Source of the DNA: Podarcis pityusensis
Lineage: Eukaryota
Direction: 5' to 3' (one strand)
DNA length: 64,000 nt
Assembly (NCBI GenBank): GCA_964106645.2
Contig: OZ067051.1
The position numbers were made by a program, and so were the translations under genes. Below, one piece after another: positions 49,641 to 61,600 of the stretch (positions are counted from its first letter, which is position 1; each line of letters begins with the position of its first letter). The notes below the pieces were generated by a model. That model was given only the letters and a program-made list of their open reading frames with translations, ran no database searches and was not told the DNA's origin.

Positions 49641-52600
49641 TCCATGGAGTAGCCTCTTCCTCCCATAGCTGCCTCCTTGAGCTGCCCAAAGACACCCTTG
49701 CCCTAATGGCAGAAGGTGCTCTCTTCCCTTGGTAGCTGGCCTTGGCCTTCCCATTATAAAGTCTTAATGGAGGCTGGCTGGTTAAGTATTTCTATGTAAA
49801 CTGCTTTGTGGGTTCACCTGAAAAGCACATCTATAAATGATATTCGGTGACTACTGGGTCAAACCAGGGAGGTGAACTACTGAGCAAGTCTTCCAAGGAT
49901 GGCTCAGAGGAAAAGGCTGCAGGGAGCATCTTCCTGTCCCCCGTGCCCCCCCCCCCGTGTTTGGAGGACAGTTCAGGCCCACCCTCCAGACACTTGAACA
50001 AAATTCAAGGCTGACTCTGGAGCCACCAGCAGAGGGCGCTGCCAGAGTTATCAGGAGACAAAGGGTTCCCCCTTCAGCAGAGGGCACTGGAGAGCCCTGG
50101 GTCAGCCCCTCTCCATGGCCAAAACACACACATACACACAACACCATGGCTGGCTCACATACATCCAGAAGGCCCCCATAGCGGAAGATGCTGAGCAGGG
50201 AGTGGACGTGGCTCTCGCTGGTGAAGTACAAGCGTGTCCGGACATGGCGCCCCGGAGACAGGACTCCCCTCGAGTACCTGGAAGCAGAGAAGTCAAAGCA
50301 GTGAGGGGACCAAAAGCTCACCAACAGTTCTGGGAGTTCTGTCACCAAGAGGGCTTGGAGGCCAACGCAGATTCACAAGGAGAAAAAGACAGACGTCTTT
50401 TGGAAAGAGGGCAATCACTGTCCCCATTACTCTGCAATTTGGTCTTGGAAGTTTTGTTTAGAGACACTAGACAAGATGAAAGAATTTGGGGAGCAAAGAT
50501 TTAAAAAGAAACTTGTAAGTTACAGGCATTTGCCAATGATTTGATGATAGTATTGGAAAATCCACTACAGGGAGCACAGACTTTTATGGATAAATTAAAT
50601 GAGTTTGGTACACTAGCATGCTTTAAGGCTGATCATCAGAAAATGAAAATGCTAATAAAGAATATGACAACTGAAGACCCAAAGATTTTGATGGAGAAAA
50701 TGGGGTTTCAAATTAATAAAAAAGTAAAGTATTTGGGTATTACCATGACAAATGCGAATTGTATGTCGTTTCAAAATAATTATGTTAAGACATGAGCTGA
50801 AATTAAACAAGATACAGTGGTACCTTGGGTTAAGTACTTAATTCGTTCCGGAGGTCTGTACTTAACCTGAAACTGTTCTTAACCTGAAGCACCACTTTAG
50901 ATAATGGGGCCTCCTGCTGCCGCCACACCACCGGAGCACGATTTCTGTTCTCATCCTGAAGCAAAGTTCTTAACCTGAAGCACTATTTCTGGGTTAGTGG
51001 AGTCTGTAACCTGAAGTGTATGTAACCTGAAGAGTATGTAACCCGAGGTACCACTGTATATCAAGATAGGAGAAACTAAAATTGTCAATGTTAGGCAGGA
51101 TTTCTGTGATAAAGATGAATGTCTTGTTTAGAATGAGATTTTTTGTTTCAAACAATATCTGTATTGACTACTGATATACCATTTAAACAATGGCAAAAAT
51201 ATTTATCTACATTTGTATGGCAGGGGAAAACATGAGTTAAATCTGAAGTTCTGCAAGATGCAAAGGGGAAAAGAGGATAGGGCTTGCCTGACTTGAAATT
51301 GTATTTTGTAGCTTGTTGCTTAGGATGGATGAAGGAATGGATGACACTGAGAAACTTTTGGAATTAGAAAAACATGACAAGGTTTGGATGGCATGGATAT
51401 TTGTGGTACGATACAGTTAAAGTAAATGTGTTATGCACAAACACTCACCCACCCCCACAAGAAGCTATCTACAGAAAAGAGTTGACAGGCAAAGAGAAAT
51501 GGTTAACCTATTAAGAGTTATTAGAATTGCATCAAGGAGATGATAAAATTAAAACAAAGGAACCATTAAAATAAGTAGGAACCTTTTATAAACTATATAA
51601 AAAGACAGTTTAAAGATTTGGACTCACTGGCAGGTTTTGACTAAACTTTCACAACTATATAAGAGGTAAAACCAACAGGGTATAGAAATTGTTTAATAAA
51701 TCAATACAGAAAGAGTGGGGAGGGGAGAAATATGGATATATAAATTGTTTAATTAAGATTTGTGGAAAATTTGTTGTTATAATTTGAAAATTCAATAAAA
51801 ATTATTTTACAAAAAATTAAAACAAGGGAACAATTGATAATGGAAGGTCACAACTTTCAGTGGCTCTTCTATTTATAACTAGTAAGGAGATTTAAGTTGT
51901 ATAAAAATACGAGGGGTGATCCTTACAGGGGGTGCAGTTTGTTGACAGACTCATCCTCGTGGGTCCTCTGCAGGTCCAGCTGGATCTTCCGGATGAGAGG
52001 CAGGCAGAAGCCCACAGCTATCTCCAGCTTCTCTTGTTTCTTAATGCCATATTCCTGGGGAAGCAGGAAGGGACTCAGCCCAGGGCAACCCAAAAGCCCC
52101 ATGCCACCACCACACCCTCCCTCACAGGGCCAGGCCTCACCTGGGGGATGACAACATCCGCCAGGGACTTGGAGAGCCGGAACAGCTCAGAGGTGCCCTC
52201 CAGCTTGAGAGCTGCATTGTGCTGCACGTCATACTTGACGCAGTCATAGATGTCAGGGATCTTGCTGATGTCATAGCGCCGGTTCTTCAGGCGGAAATCC
52301 TGCTCCAGTTTCCTCCAGCGCTGAAGCATCAGCTCAAGCGTCTCACTATGGTACAGCTGCAGGTCTGGGGAATCAGCAGCAGCATCAGTCATCCCACCCA
52401 CGGAGCAGGGGGAAGGTTAGGACACTCATACAAGGACCGATGAAGGACTAAAGTGCTCACACACACAAACACAAACTGCCAAGCTATCCACCTGCCCTAC
52501 ACACTGCTTTGATTTTTGAAGTTATCTTTTACAGTTGTACCTCAGAATTTGAACGGAATCCGTTCCAGAAGTCCATTCGACTTCCTAAATGTTCAGAAAC

Positions 52601-55600
52601 CAAGGTGCAGCTTCCGATTGGCTGCAGGAGCTTCCTGCAGCCAATCAGAAGCCGTGGAACCTGCGTTAGATGTTTGGGTTCCAAAGGACATTCACAAACT
52701 GGAACACTCAGTTCCAGGTTTGCAGCATTCAGGAGCCAAAACGTTTGACTCGCAAGGCATTCAACTTCTGAGGTACGGCTGTATTTCTAAGATTCTGAGT
52801 CTGTGCTGGACAACACAAGAAAATGTATGGACCTTTTGGATGTATATTTGATGTTTTAATTCTGTTACGAAGCAAGCTCCGCAAGTAAAAGTTTGAATGA
52901 TATTTCTATGGGCCTGGACAACGATTTCTTCCAAAAGGAGTCAGTTATTATGCTTCCAGTTGCTTCAAACGACACAATGTTATTACGGCGCAATGCACAC
53001 TCCCTACCCGCAGACTTGGGGTCCTCCAGGCGCTTTTGTATCTGGGTCGTGAGGCTCTCAATCAGGGCAAAGACCCGGTCACAGATCTCCACAGGGTTCT
53101 GGATGATGCTCATGGACTTGATGAGTGAGATGCTGCCCGTGGGCGCCAGCTGAAGGCAGGATCAGAGCAAAGGGGAACTGAAGCATGGGCCCAGCCAGCA
53201 GTTCCCCCTCCCAATGTGGGGAGGGCTCTGCAAGTCATTCCCTCCCCTCCACAAACTCTGGCTCAGCCACCCCCACAAGCGCCAACTGGTGCTGGCTCCC
53301 TCTCTGGATGCCTTTGGGCTTCTAGTGGTAACCTATGGCTTCCAGAAATGCTACAGTCTTGAGGACTAGCTGAATGCTTTATCTTTTATTTTGTCCCTTT
53401 TTTCTTAGAAACCTGCTTCAAGACTGCTAAGCTAATATTCAGAGAAGGTTTGTTTCTTTTTTAAGATCAATGGAGGTGCAATTCCCTGCTTTACCACATG
53501 CTGTCCCCCTGCCCTTAGAAATAACCAACCAACAATGCAAAGTTATTTTCCCCCAACCCTGCCCTGGATCAACACCAGGTATAGGGTGCTGCAGGTGGTT
53601 CCCTCCCCACCCCCCGTGCATGATAATCATAATCTGTATTTAAACAGATACCTACTGAGAAGGTCCATTAAAAAAGCAACTGTACCAAAAAATAATATGA
53701 AATATTGGTGGAGGGGCAACTTTCGTCCTCCCTCAGGGTGCCATATGACCAACATTCGCTCCTCCCGGATCCTGCAGCCTTGATGCCCATTTTCCCAAAG
53801 CTTTCCAGAGGGGAAGACAGGCTCCCCCTGCATCATCAGGACCAGAAGTTTGTTTTAATAAGGATGAGCAGGAAGTTCACCTGCTGGAAGGCCCTTCTTC
53901 TCACCTGCCTACCCATCATGCCAAGGGACACTGGCCAAATCACGGATGCAGAAGTCCCACCCCTGGCCCCCTCTCCAACTGGAACAGCAGGGAGCGGCTG
54001 ATAGGATGTACCTCCTCACTCCCAGCCTCACTGCCAGCACCAGGTCCCATGAAAGCTGAAGTTCTTTCCTTTGATGCAAAGGCCAAAGCCTTGAGCTGGC
54101 CTGGCCCAGGGAGCTGCCCTCCCCTTTACCAGTGGCTCCTGCCAGCCAACCAACCAGCCAGCCAGCCAGCCTAGCTGCCTGTCCTCCTCACCTTCTCAAA
54201 GTCCTCCTCCCCAAAGTTGGCGTCCTTCTGCATGATCTCCCTGAGGCGAGCTTTCACCCGGTGCTGGCAGCTGCTGAGGGAGTCACTGTCACTGTCCAGC
54301 AGGCCGTTCATGTTGGCACTCTTCACCATCTGGACCAAGATGGGTGTCAGCTCCCCCTCCAGTGCAAGGAGGCCCTGCAGAGCGAAATGGGATGGGGCAC
54401 AGACATTAGCAGCTGCTGGTGGTGGTGGTGGTGGTAAGGGAACAGCACAGATCATCGCTTGGTCCTTTGGAACGAAAGCCATCTTGGCCTGCCCGAAGGC
54501 AAGAGCAGCAGTCATGCCCAGGTGGCCTTGGCTCAACTGCCACTGCACACACAGCAGCACTGCAAGAGGATACAGCCAGGTCAAGAGGTACCCCACCCCC
54601 ACCCCCAGTCACTGGGAAGACAGAGATTGCAAGGACCTTTGCAAAGGCAGCTGCAGTCATCTGGACTCTGCCCTCATCAGAGGCGTAAATCTTGAGGTCG
54701 TGGCGGTAAGTGCTGTGAAGGCGAAGGAGGCCGCATCCTGGGAAGCCAGCGTAGTCCCCTGGAAGGTGGGAGGAGAGCCTCAAGGTCAAAAGACAGTGGC
54801 TGAGGCATGGAGGCCTCCGGGCCAAACCCGGCTCCCTCTCCCATCACACTACTGTGCTCCCCACACCTGGCCTCACCTTGGCCCCCCGGGTACATGCAGC
54901 GGAAGGCTCTCCCCAGCTCCTCAGCTTGCACTCTTCCGGCGGGAGTCAGCTCGCCTCCCCACTTCAGCACCAGCAGCAGAGATGGGGAGGCTTCCTTGCG
55001 GGCCTCTGGAGACAGCAGAGAGTCAAGAGTCAGACCTCGTATCCCCAGGAGGGAGGTCAGCAGCCACTATGGCCTCCCCACCACCACAGTCAAGAAGGAG
55101 GGACCAGTCAGGAAGGAGGGACCAAAGTGAGTGTCAGTCTTGCTTGCTGGGAAATGGGCTGGGGAAGGCCACAGGAGCCATGCCCAAAGCCCCACCTATG
55201 GCTTCTGGCCAAGGATTCTGTGTTGACAGAGCACTCAAAATCCTAAAGAGGTGTTGGAGGAGTTCTGCGTTCAGAGCTCCTGAGTCTGGAAGGTAGGGCA
55301 ATGACTTCCACTGAAGGGGGCTGCAGTCCCCTGGAAGTAACAGGCTCAGAGCTTGGGGGTGCTCCCAGATCACGGTTACTGGAGGCTCAGGTGGCCTTGG
55401 TGGCCAGGAATGCTTATTTCCACCTCTGGCTGGCTCACCAGCTACAGCCCCTCTGGGACAGTTGACTTGGCCATGATTATCCATGCTCTGGTAACCTCCT
55501 GACTGGATTACTGCAATAGACTCTATGTGGGGTTGTCCCTGAAGACGATTAAACTGGTCCAAAATGCAGCAGCCAAAGTACTGGCTGGGGTTTGTTTAGA

Positions 55601-58600
55601 CCTCATATAATCCCTACGTTAAAACAGCTGCGTTGGCTGTTAGTTCATTTCCATTCAAGGGGCTTCTGTAAGTCCCAAATGTCTGAAAGACGGCCTCCAT
55701 GCCTACAGGTCCTCTCAGGTGCTAAGATTGGCAGTTCTACCTCCCTCCAAGTTTTGGAGGAGGAGGAGGAGCACCTGGTGCCTTCGTACACAGCTTTTGC
55801 CATCGACACCTCTTTGCCCCTGACAATGAAGGTCTTGCGGAATCAGTTCTGTTCCATTTGGAACGCTTGGACTTGTTGGGACTCTCCCTATAATTATATC
55901 TGCTTTCATCCATTTTTCTACTACATTGTTGGAACCCAACAATGGGACAGTGCAGCAAAAGGCAAGGAAGAATTCCCCTAAATAAAATTAACATGTGCAA
56001 ATACGTACACCCTGTGGAGCTTATGCTCTTAACTGCCACAACACTCCAGCAAGTCAAGGAAACGAAAGCCCCTCCTGCTCAGCTACGCTGCCACAGAGAA
56101 GCGGGGCGGGGCCAGGAGATGGAAGGCCCAGCTCAACCAAGGTGGCATCAGGGGCAGCCATAGGTAGGGTGCAAACTCCCACCTGCCCCCCACTCCTGCC
56201 AGCACCAGGCCTGAGGCACCCACAGCCCCCGCAGGAGCCAGATACCTGCCTTCCTCTTCGCTGGATGCTTTGGAGCGCCCGTGGGGCAGGTAGGTCAGCT
56301 GCACTTTGCGGTTGATGCCAGAGAAGTGCCCGTACCTGCCGGGAGGAGAGAGAAGAAGCAGGGGCTTGGAAGGGCTTCCTTGATAACTCCAGCTAAGCCA
56401 GGCCCCTTCCTCCCTCCTTCGCCACTCAGGCCACCCACCGCTGCATGCCAAGAGGGAGAGCCTGAGAGGAGGAGGAGGTGTCAGACAGGTTCACAAGGGG
56501 CTGGGCCTTCTAAGGGCACAGCCACCAGGCGGCATGAACTGCCGGGTGCCAAGTAGAGGAAACCACCCCAGTAGAGAGTGGAGAGGGCAGGGGATGCCGC
56601 TGGACCTTACCCTCCCGGAGCTCTTGTTCAAAATCAGGAACTGGGGGCCCATCAAGCCACCTGCCCCCACCCACACCCACCCCTCTTCTCACATCTCCAG
56701 CACAGTTTTGAGCTGCTCCAGCTTGGATTTCTGCTCCTCGGCCTCAGAGTCCTCATGAGCTCCCTCCTCCAGCACCAGCAGGCGGGCGATGTCCAGCACT
56801 TCCTGCCCAGGGCAAAGGGTTGGCTGGGTTGGTAGGGCAGCCGAGCACATCCTCTGCTCCCCACACCTGGCCCTTGGCCTCACCACCTCCCTACCCCCCA
56901 CAGACCCACATGCCAACCCCAAACAGCCAGGCCAGTGTGTTGAGGTCCCCCCTGCACAGCAAAGCCCAAGCCAGGAAGGCAAAGGCAGAGGTGCCCCAGA
57001 GGTGGCCCCACCAGCCCCCAGTCCTCCTCACCTGAAGCTGCTCTGGCTTCTTCAGCTTCAGCTTCCCAGCCTTGTAGCCCTCGTACTTCTCAAACAACGC
57101 AAAGAACCTGGCAGCAAAGTTAGAGGGGGTCCAGGGTCTGAGAAGGAAAGGGCTGGGAAATGCAGAGCTGGACAAGGTCCAGAATAAGGTGGCTGCTTAT
57201 GCTGCTGCTCAGGGGAGATGAAGCGTTTAAGGGAAACCAGCTAAAGACTAGGGTTGGGCAATATATTGATGTATCATCCAGAACCAGTTTGAACCCCATA
57301 CCGTGATATTGGTTTCATAGTCTTTGACCTAACAATATATTACAAATGATGATGTGTGTGTTTGCATGCTATGCAAAAATCAAAATGTGGGGGAAACTGT
57401 GAAGCCAACCAATTTCTCTGTGTAGCTCCATCCTTATTTCAGACACTGTGATATATCAGTATATCGCAGTGTTTAGCTGGTGATATATCACAGATGTTGA
57501 AAACCAGGTATCGCCCAGCCCTACTCTCAGAGAAGAGGCTGCACAAACAAACACCCACCCAGAGTGTAGCCGGGGGGGGGGGCTCTTCTTACCTGGGGTG
57601 CTTCACTTCCATCTTCATCTTTTGCTTGGGGGTCCGGTCACCATGCCGTATAACCGCAATCACACAGCGCAGCTCCATCCTGTGGCAAAAGATACCAATC
57701 TCAGGCTGCCCCACTCTCAAAACAGCCACGCTTAGCAGAGGCAAACTCCCTCCCCAAGCAAGGAAAGCTTTGAAGCTTGCAAAGGTGCAGAATATGTTGA
57801 AGGCTGCGCAAGAAGATGGCGAGCTTTGAAAAGCCCTGCTCTGCAGTTGCCCACCAGAGGCGACAGAAGGGCAGTGGACAACCCCACTCCACGTAGTCCC
57901 ACCCAAGGATGGCCTCCGTCCTCTTCTCTCCAGTCAAGGCCAGAGCTCTGAGAGCCAGTCCACCATCCTCTAAGGCAGTCTTTCTCAACCTGTGGGTCCC
58001 CATATGTTGTTGAACTACAACTCCCATCACCCCTAGCTAGCAAGGCCAGAGCTCAGGGATGATGGGAGTTGTAGTCCAAGGAGTGGCAAGTAAGAACGCT
58101 TGCCAAGAGTAAAATCTAAAAATGCCCCGGAAGCCACAGCAGAAATGCTCAGCCCAACGACACTCACATAGTCCCCGAGGTGGTGGGCACGATGGGGATG
58201 TCCTCTGCCTCCGTGGGGATGGACCAGGGGATCTGGAACTGGGGAGCCAGTTCACGCATAATAATGTTCCTGGCAGGGAGAGAGAGAGGAGCCAGACCTG
58301 GTCAGAGACCCGCTTTGGACCTTCCCATCCTGGCAGGTCCCCCACCCAGGGCATACCATCTTCCCATGTGGGAGGAACACACCACCCAAGGAAAAGCAGG
58401 AACGACAAAGTGCAACCCACCCCAGGATCTTGGCGCAGTCATCGTAATATTTCATGGAATTCTTCACAAAACTGAAGCCGTTGACGTCGCAGACAAAGGA
58501 GTGGCCGTTGGCCCGCAGGAGGTCGAAGCCACACACTGTCTGCTGCAGGGGCAAAATGGGGGGGGGGGCATGGGAAGAGTTAAAGCAGCCAACATACGCA

Positions 58601-61600
58601 GCAGGTGCCACAGGCAGAACCAAGCCAAGCAGCAGGATGAGGAGGAGGCAGTGGTGCAAGGAGCAGCCCCCTCCCCTTGCTTGCAGCCACTGAAGTCAGA
58701 AGCAGCACCATGACCCTTTGGCAGGCCTCCCAAGAGGGTTTAAGGAGCCCTCAGTGGTGGCTCTGAGGAACCTCAACCAGAAGGTGCTGGAGCCAAGGAG
58801 GAAGAAGAACAGGGCCCCTACTACTCAGCTGGGCCTTCCTCCAAAGCTCCGCCTCAGGATGCCCCGGCCTCGGAGACAGAGGGACACAAGGGACTCCTCA
58901 GCAGGAGAAGCAACACCAACCTTGAAAGCCACACAGACTTTCCGGGCCACCAGCTTCTCTATAGCCGTCAGCATCACAGGGTAGCGGATCTCTTTCCCTT
59001 CGCTATCCCGTTCCACCTTCCCATCGAGAGCCGGGGACTTTCGGGCCTCCGCATGAGCGTAGTCTGGGCCAACCGTGTACACCTGAGCCACCAAAGTCGA
59101 GAAGTTACACCCTTGTCCCTCCCCGGCAGCCTCCGAGATCAGGTGGCATCTCTGCCCCTCTCCCCTCAAGGCCCTACCTTGACATCTGTGCCGTCTGTGG
59201 GCATGAACTCCTCGTAAATGTACGAGCCAGTTTTCCGCACGTTGCTCTCAGGGGAGTAGACGCTGCTGCGGCTCCCAATCTGAAATAAGCGGGGAATTCA
59301 AATGGTGGGAGTGGGGTGCATGTCTGGGGTGGAGGTGCTGGCGGGGGGCAGGGCTGCAGAACTCCCCTTCTCCAGTCAAGGGGCAATTGTCAGCCCTTCA
59401 GAACAAGTGCCCTGCCCTGTTCCAAACCCATTCTGGCCAAGAGGCACCAGAAAACAGAGTGGGGGGCAGGCCTTGTGGCCTTTCACCTCTGGACAGAGTC
59501 CCACTGGGGCCTCTATCACCCTAGAACCACAGTAAGCATCCAAGAATCCCACCAGCCAATCCGACAAACTCTCTCTCTTCCTCTCTTGCAGCACCAAGAT
59601 GCCAAATCTGGCTGGGCTCCCAGCTTTGGGCTCCCACTCTGCTCACCTTGCGGAAAAGGCGCTGGCTGCCCCCACCAGCTGAGGTGGGATAGTAGATGTA
59701 GACATTGTGGTCCTCAGCACTGACCGGCTTCTCCACAAAGGGCTTGGGGAAAATGGCCCCGTTGACCTCCACGTGGTCCTCCCCCTCCACGAGGTTGCAC
59801 TCTGCAGCCAAAGCACAGCCACGTTTTTTTGTGGGGGTGGGGGGTGGGAGAGGCTACCCAAGCCCTCCAGCCCCTGCCCCTCCCCACAGAGCCAGGCAGC
59901 CCCACTGCTTCCCCCTTACAGAGATACAGATGGTGAAGACAGCCTCTGCCCTGCAAAGGAGGCAAGTAGGTGGAGTTGAGGCTTTATTTATAGGAGTATT
60001 CGTAAATCACCGGCTCATTTTAAAAAACCACAGCAATAAAATCATGTAGGCACCACAAAATTACAAAATCATCAGGCTTTTATATATGGTGGTGCAGCAC
60101 TTAGGCTGTGGAACAAGGCCTGGACTGACCTCCTTTCACTCGGCCTGAATGGGGCAGGGGGGGCATGGACATTCCTTTGGGGTCCTCGGAGGAAAAAGGG
60201 AAATGAAACAAAGATATGAAGTCCCTACAGGGAGGGTGGCTGGCTGGCTGCAAGGAGGAGACAAGGGCTGTCTAATGAACGCTCATCCTTAAGAGCAAGG
60301 ATGGGAAGCCTGGGCAGACCTCCAGGTGTCTCTTTGGACCCCAATTCCCATCACGCACCTCAGCCAACAACAATGTCCAGAGGGCCACAGCAAGCTCCCC
60401 AGCCCTTCTGAAGAGGGCTCTGCTGTTTGGCGTCTGCTCACCCCTCTTGCTTCCAGGGACACAAGCCAAACTATCTCCAGAGGAGCCTGAGCAAGGATGG
60501 TGGCAGCTGAGGACAACCCCAACAGCAGGAGGATGCAGCAATCCATCAAACCTCTATTGCAGCATCCAGCCAGAGAAGGATGCTCAGAACAGCCCCCTGG
60601 TGCTTGGACCATGAAGGGGCTCAAGACCACACCTGTCTGCTCCAGAAGCAGCTCCACTGACAGAGGCTGCATGCTCAGAAAAGAGAAGGGAGCCTTTGCC
60701 ACCTGCATGTCTCAGACTCTGCAGTCGTCATCCTCACCTTCACCCTCCGCTCACAGGCCACTCACCGTCCGGCTTGTCAGGGTCCCGGTTGAGCACTGCA
60801 TAGCGAGGCAGGTCGATTCCCTCCTGCTGCAAGATCCGGTACACCTCCCGCCTGCAGAGGACACGGACCAGAGAGCAAGGCTACCACCTGAAGGATGCTA
60901 CAGGGCCAGACCCTGCTTCTTAGCAGATCATCTCACAGATCATCCTGCTTAGCCAGCCAGCCAGCCTCTCTCCCCTGTGACATGACCCGACAGGCCTCCC
61001 TCTCTGCTGCTGTGGAGCAGAAGGGAAGCCCAGGAAACACACTACCCAGACCTCAGGCTAGGCTATCTTAGGCTGCACGCATGCTGGACCTGGACCTTTG
61101 CAGCTGAAATAGATATCTGCATTCTCACGCAAGTAAGATAAAATATAAATAACCTCTCCTACTCATCTAAATCCAACAGTTTGGCTTAGGAGGCAGCCTA
61201 TCCTAAGCCACCAATGTTCCCTCCATAGCATCTCCGCATTCCTACCTGTCCTGGATGTAATACTGCATATTGAGGTCATTGATCAAAAAAGGGCTGCGGA
61301 GCTTGGCGTAAGCAACAGCCTTGTCCAGCGGGAAGCCTGCAAGAGAGAAAAAGGAGCAGTCCTCAGCGGAGGCTGGCCAGTCGGGGGCACACGAACCAGG
61401 CAGAGAAGGAGCTGGGGTGGCAGCCTGGGAGGCATCCTACCTTTGGAGTGGAAGGAGATGAGGCAGTCGCAGGGCGGCCAGTTCTCTACAGGTTCATTCA
61501 GAATGACGTCCTCCCCCATGATCACCACCGTGATGTATTCAAACTTGCACAGCCGCTCCAAGATCTGTGTCATGGGCTTCGACTTGGACTTTTTGGTCAT

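Noticed and set aside
54217-55296. 359-aa plus-strand ORF
   Set aside because: Antisense to three PPIP5K1 exons and their GC-rich introns.
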